From Candidatus Delongbacteria bacterium (GTDB lineage: Bacteria > CAIWAD01), in assembly GCA_963663545.1 (NCBI GenBank), contig OY760505.1, positions 3,200,001 to 3,264,000 of the forward strand: 64,000 bases of DNA, in the 5' to 3' direction. Position numbers and translations under genes: made by a program. Below the pieces are notes generated by a model that was not told the origin of the DNA, ran no database searches, and was given only the letters and a program-made list of their open reading frames with translations. Positions 19,320 through 29,808 of the stretch are shown here, piece after piece. The stretch's first letter is position 1, and every line of letters begins with the position of its first letter.

Positions 19320-21272
19320 ATGAACAGGTATTGCATCAGCCTTTGTTTTGGCCTGCTGGCCACCGCCGGAGTCCAAGCTCAGACCACCATTACTGCGGCC
19401 AGTGTTTCCGGTTTTGCGGGAAGCACGGTAAACGTACCACTGACGGTAAGTGCTTTCAGCGCTGTGGCGGGTCTGGAATTGCATGTGACCGACAATGGAG
19501 CAGGCTTCTCCCCCCAGGAAGTTACCTCAACAGTGCTGGAAGGCATGACCGTTGGTATCCTAGCGGATCAGATCAACGTGGTCTGGGACGATTACACCAA
19601 TCCGCTGACCCTGGCAGATGGGGATACTCTGGCTGTGGTGTCCTACCTCCTTGCTGGCAGTATTGGTGATACAACACCATTGACTTTCAGCGGCTGTGAA
19701 ATGGCCGACGAGTTTGGCGAGGTCATCGCGGGTTCTTACGTAGATGGCGCCTTGAGCATTGTACCTCCGCAGCCTCCCAGCGCCTTCAATTTGTTGTCGC
19801 CGGCCGATGGCAGCGTTGTATCACAAAATCAGCAGCAAGTCAGCTGGGAAGCCTCAGTCAATGACAACGAGGGGACCCAGCTCTACACGGTTTACTTGAG
19901 TACGGACCCTGAGTTGAACGGCGCCAATAGCTGGAGCGACCAAGAGGCCACCAGCTTCACTTTTCCATCACTTGAGGACAACGCGCAGTATTACTGGTCC
20001 GTGTTGGCGCAGGATGTGGACACGGACGGAACCATGGCCAACCAGATCTGGTCTTTCCAGACGGTCATTCCCGACTGCCCGCATCTGATTGAGGCTTTCG
20101 CCGATCAGGAGGCCAATGAGGATGAGTCGCTGTACATCCAGGACTTCCTGGGCTATTACGAGGATGCCGATGGCGATGAGTTGATGCTGATCAACATGAC
20201 GGACAATGTGGCCGATGCGGATTTCGGTTGGGCCATGGAGGAAGGGTATCTGGTCGTCACACCCCCGGCGAACTGGAATGGCGCTGTGACCTTTACCCTG
20301 ACGGTGAGCGACGGCGGTTGTAACACGGTGGATGAGTTGAACGCCGCTTTTGCCGCAGTCAACGATGCGCCGGTGGCTCCCGCCATCGAGGATGCTTCCA
20401 TCGACGAGGATACTAGTTTCAGTCTGTTGTGGGAGCCGGTGGATGTGGAGCAGGATCCGATCGACATCAGTTTCCAGCTAAGCAATGAAAATCTCAGCGC
20501 CATGTATCACGACGATATCAGCACGATTACCGTGACGCCTGCCGCCGATTGGTACGGCACAGCAACCGTGACGATCAACATCAGCGATGGTGAACTGGAT
20601 GCTTCCACTTCCTTCGAGCTGCAGGTTGTAGCTGTCAATGATGCCCCCGTTGTGACACTCAGCACCGGACCCAGTAGCGGCTGTGGTGTAGTGAGCGAGT
20701 TGGGGCATTTTGAAGACGCCACCAGCGGCTTCATCGTGGACTTAAGCAGCGGCGCGATTTCCGTTGAAGTTCAGGATGTGGATGATTCTGTCGTGACCTT
20801 CAGCGCCTTCATCAACGACGACCTTGTGTTTGAAGGCGATTACGCCATCGGCACAATTCCAGATATCAGCAGTCTGGATTTCAGCGACTACTACGACAGT
20901 GACATTACGCTCTACTTCACAGTAGAGGACGAGGAGTTCGTCTGGAACGAAAACGGCGAAGAGTGCCAGTGGGAGTTGAATTTCCTGGCGCTGCCGGAAT
21001 CGCTTCCCCTGTGCTACTCCCTGGCTCCTTGTGCGCCCAATCCCTTCAACCCGAGTACGCAGATCGCTTTCACTCTGCCGCAGAGCAGCGACGTGAGTCT
21101 CAGGATCTACAACTTGCGTGGCCAGATGGTGGATGAGTTGATTCATCAAACACTGCCCGCAGGTGAGCACCATCTGCAGTGGCAGGCAGGCGAGAACGCC
21201 AGCGGCTGCTATCTGTTGCTGATGCAGGCAGGTGAGTTCCATCAGGTGCAACGCCTGCTGCTGGTTCGCTGA
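19320..21272 (+). CDS. Secreted protein: N-terminal cohesin-like domain, FN3-like domain, VNDAP repeats, PNPFNP tail
   Basis: Signal peptide; GSTVNVPLTVSAFSAVAGLELHV; PSAFNLLSPADG...YYWSV; APNPFNPST. Confidence 0.8.
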   Translation: MNRYCISLCFGLLATAGVQAQTTITAASVSGFAGSTVNVPLTVSAFSAVAGLELHVTDNGAGFSPQEVTSTVLEGMTVGILADQINVVWDDYTNPLTLADGDTLAVVSYLLAGSIGDTTPLTFSGCEMADEFGEVIAGSYVDGALSIVPPQPPSAFNLLSPADGSVVSQNQQQVSWEASVNDNEGTQLYTVYLSTDPELNGANSWSDQEATSFTFPSLEDNAQYYWSVLAQDVDTDGTMANQIWSFQTVIPDCPHLIEAFADQEANEDESLYIQDFLGYYEDADGDELMLINMTDNVADADFGWAMEEGYLVVTPPANWNGAVTFTLTVSDGGCNTVDELNAAFAAVNDAPVAPAIEDASIDEDTSFSLLWEPVDVEQDPIDISFQLSNENLSAMYHDDISTITVTPAADWYGTATVTINISDGELDASTSFELQVVAVNDAPVVTLSTGPSSGCGVVSELGHFEDATSGFIVDLSSGAISVEVQDVDDSVVTFSAFINDDLVFEGDYAIGTIPDISSLDFSDYYDSDITLYFTVEDEEFVWNENGEECQWELNFLALPESLPLCYSLAPCAPNPFNPSTQIAFTLPQSSDVSLRIYNLRGQMVDELIHQTLPAGEHHLQWQAGENASGCYLLLMQAGEFHQVQRLLLVR

Positions 21273-21302
21273 TCACGATCCCTCCAATGTCTTGTTTTGT
21301 GC

Positions 21303-21336
21303 GGGGGTGGATCCAAGCGGGTCTGCCCCCTCTTTC
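21303..21336 (+). terminator. Probable terminator hairpin
   Basis: GGGGGTGGATCC-AAGC-GGGTCTGCCCCC then TCTTT. Confidence 0.55.
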
Positions 21337-21462
21337 ACAGAAACGGGAATTGTCGCGGAAACAGGCGGCTGCGAGTGCAGTGAGTTGACTTTACTGATTC
21401 AGAAAAGGGTGCGATACCATATATTCATAACTGGCTCGTGCCACAAAAGCAAGGGTGACCCT

Positions 21463-22485
21463 ATGGCGGACCGCCGCTGGATTCTGGCAGATGCATTCTT
21501 CCTAACGCGACCGACCCTCGTGCTGGTGGCGTGGATCTTTCTGCTCGCCGGTGCACAACCGCTTTTCGTTGCTGGCAACGACGGCCCCTTCTTCAATCTC
21601 CTGCTTCTGTTGCTGCAGTATAGTTGTGTGCTCGGCAGCGCTTTCATCATTAATCAATTGCACGACCTGGACGGTGACCGGATCAACGGCAAGTGCGAAA
21701 TCCTGACCCGCGGCTACCTGAGCGAGTCCTTTGCCCTTGGTCTGGCATGGGCGCTCTTTGCCCTTGGCATTCTCATCGCGCTGGCACTGGGAGTGGGCAA
21801 TGTGATCCTGACTCTCGTGTTCTATTTGCTGACGGCCATTGTCTACAACAAACCACCACTGGCGACAAAAGACCATCCGCTCTTTGGACCGCTGACTCTA
21901 GTGCTGGGAAGCCTTGTCCTTGTGATACAAGGGGCTGCACTGGGAGGTTGGGAGTTTTTCTGGTTCGGGCTCCTGGGCATCTTGCCGATTACGGTCGCCG
22001 GGCTTTCGATTACTCTGCTGACAACCATTCCCGATATCAGCGGTGATACAGCTGTCGGCAAAAAGACCTTTGCTGTGAGCTACGGCGTGGATCGCACTTG
22101 GCTGACCAGCGTGGTGTTGATGCTATTGGCTGTAGTATTGGCCGTTGTGACACACGATTGGCTGATCTTCTGGCCAGCTGCTGCGGCGACAGGCGTCATC
22201 CTCTACGGCATGCTCTCTGCGCCAGGTGGCGAGCGCGCCGGATTCGCTGCGCGCTGGTCCATCTTTCTGATGGCACTAACCTTGGTACCTACCTTCCGCT
22301 TCTTCGGTGTCGTGATGCTGATTTTCTTCCTGGGGGCGCGTGAGTATCACAAGCGCCGTCTCGATCTGTGTTACCCGAGTCTTGGTTTGGACGACTGCGG
22401 CTGTAGCAGGCAGTCTCCGCCGAGCGGTCCGGGACCCGGGGCAGACCCCGCACAGGCCGAGCGCGAGACTGCCAAGGACGCCTAA
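21463..22485 (+). CDS. UbiA-family prenyltransferase
   Basis: NQLHDLDGDRINGK, YNKPPL, TIPDISGD...GKKT motifs; multiple TM helices. Confidence 0.9.
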   Translation: MADRRWILADAFFLTRPTLVLVAWIFLLAGAQPLFVAGNDGPFFNLLLLLLQYSCVLGSAFIINQLHDLDGDRINGKCEILTRGYLSESFALGLAWALFALGILIALALGVGNVILTLVFYLLTAIVYNKPPLATKDHPLFGPLTLVLGSLVLVIQGAALGGWEFFWFGLLGILPITVAGLSITLLTTIPDISGDTAVGKKTFAVSYGVDRTWLTSVVLMLLAVVLAVVTHDWLIFWPAAAATGVILYGMLSAPGGERAGFAARWSIFLMALTLVPTFRFFGVVMLIFFLGAREYHKRRLDLCYPSLGLDDCGCSRQSPPSGPGPGADPAQAERETAKDA

Positions 22486-22528
22486 GACAAGCATCACCTG
22501 CCCATCTTGTGAACCAAAGGGACATTCC

Positions 22529-23929
22529 ATGAGCATCCGTTTCTACAACAGCCTGAGTCGCCGTGTGGAGGACTTTACTCCACTCGAGCCAGGCAAAGTC
22601 GGCATGTATACTTGCGGACCAACCGTTTACAACTACGCGCACATCGGCAACTTCCGCACCTTCATCTTTGAGGATCTGCTGCGTCGCTGGCTGAAGTTTC
22701 GCGGCTTCGCAGTGACACAAGTGATGAATTTCACCGATGTCGATGACAAGACCATTCGCGATTCGCAGGCACAAGGCAAGGGGCTGAACGAGTTCACCGC
22801 CTTCTACAAACAGGCCTTCCTGGATGACCTCGACACCTTGCGCATTGAGCGCGCCGAAGTGTATCCTGCAGCCACCGATCACATTCCCGAGATGCTCTCG
22901 CTGGTGGACACGCTCATTGAGCGTGGTTATACCTACGAGGACGCCGGGTCTATTTACTTCCGGCTTTCGTCTTTTCCTGAGTACGGTCGCTTGGCCAATC
23001 TCAATCCAGATCAAATGCGCTCAAGCGGTCGTGTGGATAATGACGAGTACGAGAAGGACGACGCCCGTGACTTTGCGCTCTGGAAAGCCTGGGTCCCCGG
23101 CGACGGAGACGTGTACTGGGATACCCATCTGGGGAAGGGGCGTCCCGGCTGGCACATCGAATGTTCGGCAATGAGCATGAAGTATCTAGGCCCGCATTTC
23201 GATTTGCATACCGGTGGAGTGGACAACCGTTTTCCGCACCACGAGAACGAGATCGCCCAGAGTGTGTGTGCTACAGGCGCTGGCTTTGTCAACTACTGGA
23301 TGCACAGCGAGTTTCTCCTGGTGGAGAACAAGAAGATGTCCAAGAGTCTGGGCAACTTCTTCACATTGCGCGACCTGCTGGAGAAGGGATTGGATCCGGT
23401 GGCCATTCGATATACGCTACTCTCGGTCCACTACCGAGCGCAGCTCAACTTCTCCTTTGCGGGCATTGAAGCCAGTGCTCAGGCCATTCGCCGTCTACGC
23501 GATTTCAACCGGCGGTTGTGCAGCCACAAGCCGGGAGCGTCCAGCGAAGGCCGGGTAGAACAGTTGTTGAACACCTGTGAAGAAGGCTTTGGCGCAGCCA
23601 TGGACGACGATTTGAACATCGCCGACGCGCTGGGCAAACTTTTCAGTTTTGTGCGCGAAACAAATGCACTGCTGGACGCTGGCGTGGTGGATGCAGCGGA
23701 GTTGGCTGCCATTGTGTACTGGATGGAGCGTGTGGACAGCGTCCTGGCAGTGTTATCGGAAGATTGCGACGACGATCTGGAGTGCCGTGTGCGCGAGCTT
23801 GTGCAGGAGCGCGCAGCTGCAAAAGGTGCCAAGGATTGGGCTGCTGCAGACAAATTGCGCGATGAGATTCTGGCTTTGGGATACGTGGTAAAGGACACGC
23901 CGGATGGACCGGTGTATCACAAGGCCTGA
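22529..23929 (+). CDS. cysS: Cysteine--tRNA ligase
   Basis: YTCGPTVY, HIGN, GRPGWHIECSAM, FPHHENE, KMSKS. Confidence 0.98.
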   Translation: MSIRFYNSLSRRVEDFTPLEPGKVGMYTCGPTVYNYAHIGNFRTFIFEDLLRRWLKFRGFAVTQVMNFTDVDDKTIRDSQAQGKGLNEFTAFYKQAFLDDLDTLRIERAEVYPAATDHIPEMLSLVDTLIERGYTYEDAGSIYFRLSSFPEYGRLANLNPDQMRSSGRVDNDEYEKDDARDFALWKAWVPGDGDVYWDTHLGKGRPGWHIECSAMSMKYLGPHFDLHTGGVDNRFPHHENEIAQSVCATGAGFVNYWMHSEFLLVENKKMSKSLGNFFTLRDLLEKGLDPVAIRYTLLSVHYRAQLNFSFAGIEASAQAIRRLRDFNRRLCSHKPGASSEGRVEQLLNTCEEGFGAAMDDDLNIADALGKLFSFVRETNALLDAGVVDAAELAAIVYWMERVDSVLAVLSEDCDDDLECRVRELVQERAAAKGAKDWAAADKLRDEILALGYVVKDTPDGPVYHKA

Positions 23930-23944
23930 TGAGCAGACGTTCAC

Positions 23945-23969
23945 GGGGCGGAGTTAATCCGCCCTTTTT
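23945..23969. terminator. Terminator between convergent genes
   Basis: GGGGCGGA-GTTAA-TCCGCCC TTTTT. Confidence 0.7.
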
Positions 23970-24850
23970 CATGGTAGCAGATTGTGCAAGGCTGCTTCAA
24001 CGCTGGTGAATTGGAAGCGATAATCGCTGTCTTGTAACACACGCGGAGTTGTGCGCTGCGAGGACAGCAACACCTGAGCCGCTTTGCCGAACAGCAGGCG
24101 CAATCCGAAGGCTGGTACTGGCAGAAGCTCACCCAATCCCGGGCGTGCGGACAACAAACGACTGAAATCCCGATTGCGCACTGCTTCAGGTGCACATAGA
24201 TTCACAGGTCCATTCAGATCCTCGTGATACAAAATGTGCTTGATGGCGCCCAGCACATCTTCCATGTGAATCCAGGGCATGAATTGTCGACCCGTGCCAA
24301 GACGACCGCCCAGGTGCATCCGATAAGCGGGGAGCATTTGCTGAAGCGCTCCGCCGTGACCAAGTACGATTCCTGTGCGGAGTTGGACTACGCGTGTATC
24401 ACGCTCAGCTGCTTTTGCAGCAGCCGATTCCCAGTCGGCACACAGTCCTGCCAGCCAGTCTGAACCAACGGGAGCCAATTCATCCAGCATTGTATCACCG
24501 CAGTCCCCATAGTAGCCGACAGCGCTGGCCGAAATCAGCACGCGCGGGCTTGCGACAGCGTGATACATCTGCATTACCAACTGTTGGGTCAGGGCTACAC
24601 GGCTTTCGTGTAGCACACGCTGATAGGCCGCCGTCCAGCGCCTACCGAGCAAGGGGGCACCAGCCAGGTGAATCATGGCGTCTACCTGCGGAAAAGGGCA
24701 GCTACCCGATAGTAGATCTGCGATGCAAATTGCATCACGAGACAGGGCTGGGCTTCGTTGAATCTGCAGCACAACATGTCCATCACTTTTCAGGCGCACA
24801 GCCAGTGCGCTTCCGATGAATCCGCTGGCTCCACTGACAAGAACTCTCAT
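23969..24850 (-). CDS. TIGR01777-family NAD-dependent epimerase (YfcH-like)
   Basis: GASGFIG, RRWT, SASAVGYYG, LRTGIVL, GGRLGTGRQFMPWIH. Confidence 0.93.
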   Translation of the reverse strand: MRVLVSGASGFIGSALAVRLKSDGHVVLQIQRSPALSRDAICIADLLSGSCPFPQVDAMIHLAGAPLLGRRWTAAYQRVLHESRVALTQQLVMQMYHAVASPRVLISASAVGYYGDCGDTMLDELAPVGSDWLAGLCADWESAAAKAAERDTRVVQLRTGIVLGHGGALQQMLPAYRMHLGGRLGTGRQFMPWIHMEDVLGAIKHILYHEDLNGPVNLCAPEAVRNRDFSRLLSARPGLGELLPVPAFGLRLLFGKAAQVLLSSQRTTPRVLQDSDYRFQFTSVEAALHNLLP

Positions 24851-25252
24851 GATCGTCCCCCGATGCTTGCTTCAACATAAAGCACCCGCAGAATCCGTGC
24901 AGCTTGTGGCTGAGGCATTGGCTTGATCAAGCCGGTGCTTCGATGTGAGTAAGCGGGTCCTAACAGTTCTTTGAGAAAACGGAAGAGGATAAACAGCGAT
25001 TGTTTCCGTGGAGGCAATTTCTGCTTGCGGATCAATCGCTATATCCTAACTTGGTTCTGTGAATCTAGACGGGGTACGGCTTAGTAGTAAGAGCAGCGTT
25101 GAAATCACTCGCAGCCGCATCCACTCAGCAAGTTCAAGATTTTAGCTTTGAATAAAAACACTGTTCACCCGTTAGGGCTTGATTTGATTTGCACACTGTG
25201 TTAAAGTTCGACCGCTGCACTGGGATCAGGCAGCGGCCGAAAGGGGGGGCGA

Positions 25253-25486
25253 ATGAAGCTGCATTTAGCCATCGACGTTGCGAACTACTACATCAACTTG
25301 CTTGGTGAAGATGAGTTCGCGCGTTTGATGGAGCAAGGCGTCGAAGCGGTCTACCTTGCTGTGAACGAGCAGCGTGAGTACATAGACCGTGAAAGGACCG
25401 ATGCTGCATTGACGAAGCAACGGGACTCGGTCGTGGCCTCACTCACCGAAGAAGAGAAGCTGTTGCTCAATCGTCATCATCGATAA
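25253..25486 (+). CDS. Small hypothetical protein
   Basis: G-rich RBS; helical, protein-like 77-aa ORF. Confidence 0.5.
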   Translation: MKLHLAIDVANYYINLLGEDEFARLMEQGVEAVYLAVNEQREYIDRERTDAALTKQRDSVVASLTEEEKLLLNRHHR

Positions 25487-25682
25487 TGACAATCGGCCCA
25501 TCCGTGTAACCGTCCTCCAATGTCATTGAGAGCGGTGTGCTTAGCGGGTTCGTTACTCCCATATACACTTCCCCCTGATAGCTTGCAAACAGGACGCTTG
25601 TGTGAGACTGCTGCTTTCTGCGCGCAATTTCTGCCTCAATCTCGTGGATGGGCACCTTGCGGGTGGTCACTGAAACAGACAT
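25467..25682 (-). CDS. Small hypothetical protein with acidic tail
   Basis: Strong RBS AGGAGG a few nt before ATG. Confidence 0.55.
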   Translation of the reverse strand: MSVSVTTRKVPIHEIEAEIARRKQQSHTSVLFASYQGEVYMGVTNPLSTPLSMTLEDGYTDGPIVIIDDDD

Positions 25683-26024
25683 CGTGTCCTCCTGGGTTTA
25701 GGTTCTTGCTCCCTGTCCGTAACTAACTCACTCAGACTTACATTGCCGTGTGTCAGGAATTGGAGTTGACCTTGCACTCCTGAAGGGGAGACGTTTGGCA
25801 ATCGTTGAATCTGGTGAATCGCTATACGCCCTAAATGTACGCGAATAGCTTAGAAACCAATAGCAAAGAATGTGTATCGTGATTATTTTTCGCCGTAATT
25901 ATAATAGTGATATAATCAAGCTAAAGTGTGTATAATTGAGCTCTTCGAACTGAAGAGGTTGCGATATCGAATATGCGTCTGTATCCTGTCGGCGCAACAT
26001 ATAGGTTCTTGATCAGGAGATGCC

Positions 26025-26777
26025 TTGCACGCAATCCGCAAAGAGACATACCCGCTTTACCTTTACCTGCTATCGAGCGCATTCACCACTTACTATTTCT
26101 GGTGCACCAGTGCGCTTCTAGCGGCCCATTTCTTTGCACTGTTTGCTTATGAGTTTACGGTGGCTACTTCCTTATCCCGGTTGGAGCACCGTGTTGCCGT
26201 GAGCGCAGACGGCAGCAGTCAAAGCCGACTCATGCTCTTTTGCCGACTAGAGGACTGGAATCAGGGGCTGAAACACGCGATCTGGTTTTCATTTTACGGG
26301 CATTTGCTTTCACCAGCCTACGCAGCTGTGCTTCTTCTGGTAGGCTTATGCTGGCCATTGCTGAATCCTGTTTATCAGCACGTAATGGTGGCGACTGCAG
26401 GCAAAGGGGCGCATTACTGTTTGGCGCTTCGACAACGCCAGGCTTCGCCTTTTCTGTTTACCATTGTTTTGCTGCTCTCTGCGGTGGCGGTGTTCCGGGG
26501 GGCGACCGGCACCTTCTGGGTCTACACCGTTTACATCACGCTGATGATTGCCTGCTGGTATTTCTTTCTGACTGCGCTTCTGCTTAGGGTAGTGCTGAAT
26601 ATGTTGCTTTCCATTTCACTGTTTCTTCTTGGTGGCCGCTATTGGCCGCCCGCATTGCTCCTGCTGGTAGTCATGCCGGTATTGCCGGAATTCGTCCGGT
26701 TGATGAAAGGCGTTCTCATAACCAGTCGCGTGGACTACATGCTGATGAAACGCAGTAGGCTGAATCTTGGCGAGTGA
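26025..26777 (+). CDS. Hypothetical multi-pass membrane protein
   Basis: RBS AGGAG before TTG start; many hydrophobic segments. Confidence 0.6.
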   Translation: MHAIRKETYPLYLYLLSSAFTTYYFWCTSALLAAHFFALFAYEFTVATSLSRLEHRVAVSADGSSQSRLMLFCRLEDWNQGLKHAIWFSFYGHLLSPAYAAVLLLVGLCWPLLNPVYQHVMVATAGKGAHYCLALRQRQASPFLFTIVLLLSAVAVFRGATGTFWVYTVYITLMIACWYFFLTALLLRVVLNMLLSISLFLLGGRYWPPALLLLVVMPVLPEFVRLMKGVLITSRVDYMLMKRSRLNLGE

Positions 26778-26785
26778 CGGCTGAG

Positions 26786-27172
26786 TTATTGTCCGCTGTC
26801 GATTACCTGTAGCAGGAAACGCAAAATCGAGGAAATGTACTCGGGATGCTCTTGCACCAAGGTGCGCAGTTTCTTGACGTCCTTGGTTTCGCGAATATGA
26901 TCCGCCAGCAGTTCGAAAAGCTGGACAAGCTCGGCCCCTTGACGGAAATCCTCAGAAAGCAATTCCTGGCGTGAGCGTCCCAGCACGGCCTCCCAGAGTT
27001 CACATCCGTAGGCTTTGGCAACGCGCTGCAATTGGTCTAGCTTCAGGCTATGATCACCATTTTCCAGTTTGCGTATCACGGGAACTCGCAGGTCTGTCAA
27101 CGCGGCGATGTCCTCTAGACGAAGTCCCTTGGTCATGCGCAGATTGCGAAAGAAGGTTCCAGAAACGTGCAT
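26786..27172 (-). CDS. XRE-family HTH regulator
   Basis: RNLRMTKGLRLEDIAALT...IRKLENG...LQRVAKAYG. Confidence 0.85.
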   Translation of the reverse strand: MHVSGTFFRNLRMTKGLRLEDIAALTDLRVPVIRKLENGDHSLKLDQLQRVAKAYGCELWEAVLGRSRQELLSEDFRQGAELVQLFELLADHIRETKDVKKLRTLVQEHPEYISSILRFLLQVIDSGQ

Positions 27173-27386
27173 TGGCTATCTCGGTGACTTGCAGGGTAAA
27201 AGTGGGGGTACCCTTCACTCCTGAGAGTACCCCCGACTGCAGAGCGCGTAGCTTGGCTGCAGTTGCCTAGAGCATAATGCTCATCGAGTTGTCGTCCAAC
27301 ACGCTATCCGCACGAAGGGCTTAAAAAGAGGGCCAATCCCTTTCTTGCGAAGCTTTGGTAGAATAGGAGCGCAAACCGGAGGAAGT

Positions 27387-27977
27387 ATGCTGCTGCATTT
27401 AGCTACAGGTAACAGACATAAAGTCGACGAGATTCGGGCCGCTCTCGGGACAGGGTGGGAGTTGAAAACTCTGGCTGACTTTCCAGACCTGAGTGAGCCA
27501 GTCGAGGACGGTGATACACTGGAAGCCAACGCGATGATCAAAGCGCACGTATTACACGCCCATACAGGTGGACTAGCCGTCGCCGACGATACCGGCTTAA
27601 TGGTGGACGCCTTGCATGGTGCACCGGGTGTGTTTTCTGCCCGCTATGCTGGCTCTGGTTGCACGTATCAGGATAATGTGATCAAGATGCTGAGGGAGAT
27701 GAACGCTGTTGCGAAGGAACTGCGAACAGCGCGCTTTGAAACTGTAATTGCCGTTGTCGAGGCGGATGGACGTGAGCATGTGTTTCGGGGTGTGTGTCAC
27801 GGCCGTATCACGAACGCTCAGCGGGGCGAAAGCGGATTCGGCTATGATCCGATTTTTGAGGTGGATGGTTTGGCAAGAACTTTTGCCGAGTTAAGCATGA
27901 GCGAAAAGAACCAGCATAGCCACCGGGGCAAGGCTGTAGCGCTTCTGGTGCAGTGGTTGAAAGAGAAGTATCGCTAA
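27387..27977 (+). CDS. rdgB: Non-canonical purine NTP pyrophosphatase (Ham1)
   Basis: LATGNRHKV, ADDTGL, GAPGVFSARYA, GFGYDPIF, SHRGKA. Confidence 0.97.
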   Translation: MLLHLATGNRHKVDEIRAALGTGWELKTLADFPDLSEPVEDGDTLEANAMIKAHVLHAHTGGLAVADDTGLMVDALHGAPGVFSARYAGSGCTYQDNVIKMLREMNAVAKELRTARFETVIAVVEADGREHVFRGVCHGRITNAQRGESGFGYDPIFEVDGLARTFAELSMSEKNQHSHRGKAVALLVQWLKEKYR

Positions 27978-28651
27978 TCCGTTGCGAGCTCACGGGCATC
28001 CATTGGATGCAAACCGCGATGTGATACAAGTTCCAGCAGTCTGGGCAAGACCTGGACCGTATAGTTCTGTCCTTTGCCGGTGCAGTGCAGCAAGAGGACG
28101 TCGCCCTCCCGCAATACTCTGTTCGCCCGTGATACAATGCACTCGGGGTTCCTTGCGGCCCAATCCTTCGGATTGCAGCTCCAGAAAAGCAGTCGTAGAT
28201 CCTGTGCCGCAGCTACTTCGTCTAGACCAGGTCGCCAGGAGCCAAAGGGCGGGCGGAACCAGAGCGGAGGCGCGCCAAGCAAATCCGCGAGGATGCGCTT
28301 GCTGTTGCTAAGCTCATGCGTCACACGCTCCGCAGACAACCTGCCCAGATGAACGTGATACAACCCGTGGCTTCCGATCACATGACCACGCTCCTTCAGC
28401 TCACGAGCACGGGATTCGGCAAGTGCCAACTCGCTCGCTGGTACTGCGTCGGGATCGAGTCGACTGGTGCTGAGGAAGAAAAGGGCTCTTCCGCCTGCGG
28501 ATTCTACCTGACGAGCGAGTTCCAAGCTCTGCGGTCCGGGACCGTCATCAAACGTGACCAGAAAACTGCCCTTTGCCAGATCCCGTGGAAGCCGCGTGCT
28601 GCCATTGGAGAAGAGCGATTGTGGTGGTGCACCATACAACAACCGGCTCAC
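27974..28651 (-). CDS. Polysaccharide deacetylase (CE4/NodB)
   Basis: TFDDGP, GSHGLYH, FRPPFG, VLLLH. Confidence 0.9.
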   Translation of the reverse strand: MSRLLYGAPPQSLFSNGSTRLPRDLAKGSFLVTFDDGPGPQSLELARQVESAGGRALFFLSTSRLDPDAVPASELALAESRARELKERGHVIGSHGLYHVHLGRLSAERVTHELSNSKRILADLLGAPPLWFRPPFGSWRPGLDEVAAAQDLRLLFWSCNPKDWAARNPECIVSRANRVLREGDVLLLHCTGKGQNYTVQVLPRLLELVSHRGLHPMDARELATD

Positions 28652-29808
28652 AGCTTCCTCCAGCGCGGACGTGCGAACAAACCCAGCAGAGGACTTATGC
28701 TGACGTAGAGCAGCTGTAACAACCAGACCATGGGTAAAAGGGGCAATAGTTGCGGCTCATTGAAACTACGTGCAGCGGCAAGTGCTTGCAAGCCTGTAGC
28801 GCCAAAGTGTCCGCACAAGATGATGAGGCAGCTCTTCCAGTCAAGCCATCCAAGGATGGCAAACAGGGGCGTGCTGAGGACGAAGAGCCAGATGAGATAG
28901 TACCCAATTGCACCGAATAGCAGCAGGCGATCAGGGAAATGTCGTTGCGTGCTATTCCAGCGAATGCGCTGCCTGAGGAATTGCTTCAGGTTCGATGGTC
29001 CGCGGGTTTCCACCGTGGTCGACGCATTCAACACGGCCTGTAGCTTGAAGTTTGTTTTACGCGCAATGCGTTGCAGGAGCAGCGTGTCATCAGCACTGGC
29101 GATGTGCTCTAGTCCTTGATAGCCACCAGCTTCACGAAAAGCAGTGCGGGTCCAGGCCAGATTCGCACCGCTGGCATACGCCGGATGAGATGTTCCCAGA
29201 CTGATCAATCCGCTTAGCAGGCTCATCATGTACTCTAGCCGGACAACGCGAGAGAAGAAGGGTGCTGTGTCACGAAGCGCAAAGATACAGCCACCGGCCA
29301 AAAGTCCACTTTCCTGGCGCCAGACGCGCAACATGCCAGAGACCCAGCTTGGGGGTGGATCACAGTCTGCGTCCAATACAAGGATGTGCTCGTGACAGGC
29401 GTGATACAGCGCCAGCAGCAGGGCCTGCTTCTTTCCCTGCCGCACTGGAAGGTCGGCGGCCGCAGCCTGTTCAGGAGAGTCTGTGGACAGCAGGCGAAAA
29501 CCGATGCCTGCCTCCATGAATGGCTGCTGCATTGCAGCGGCAACCTTGGCAGTTCCGTCGGTGGAGGAGTCATCGACAACGATCAACTCCCACTGCGATC
29601 CAGGATGGTCTTGCTTCAGCAGGGCGCTAAGTGTTGCAGGCAGAGCCGCTTCTTCATTTCGTGCGCTGATTAGCACACTCGCATGGCAGGGGCTAGAGTC
29701 TTGATTTTGCTCTGTGTCACGCAACAAATGTTTGGAGCGGAACAGGACGATTCCGCCGTGACACAGGAAGACCAAACCGGCTCCCATCCCTAGCACGTCT
29801 AGAATCAC
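28648..29808 (-). CDS. GT2 glycosyltransferase (membrane-associated)
   Basis: ISARNE, VDDSSTD, LDADC, ASADD, RQRIRW. Confidence 0.9.
   Translation of the reverse strand: MILDVLGMGAGLVFLCHGGIVLFRSKHLLRDTEQNQDSSPCHASVLISARNEEAALPATLSALLKQDHPGSQWELIVVDDSSTDGTAKVAAAMQQPFMEAGIGFRLLSTDSPEQAAAADLPVRQGKKQALLLALYHACHEHILVLDADCDPPPSWVSGMLRVWRQESGLLAGGCIFALRDTAPFFSRVVRLEYMMSLLSGLISLGTSHPAYASGANLAWTRTAFREAGGYQGLEHIASADDTLLLQRIARKTNFKLQAVLNASTTVETRGPSNLKQFLRQRIRWNSTQRHFPDRLLLFGAIGYYLIWLFVLSTPLFAILGWLDWKSCLIILCGHFGATGLQALAAARSFNEPQLLPLLPMVWLLQLLYVSISPLLGLFARPRWRKL

Noticed and set aside
24847..25035. 62-aa ORF upstream of the epimerase
   Set aside because: No clear RBS, start codon or motif; unsupported.
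27387..27977. Ham1 protein as part of a dITP-signalling defence system
   Set aside because: Canonical RdgB motifs, core context, no deaminase or Sir2 partner.
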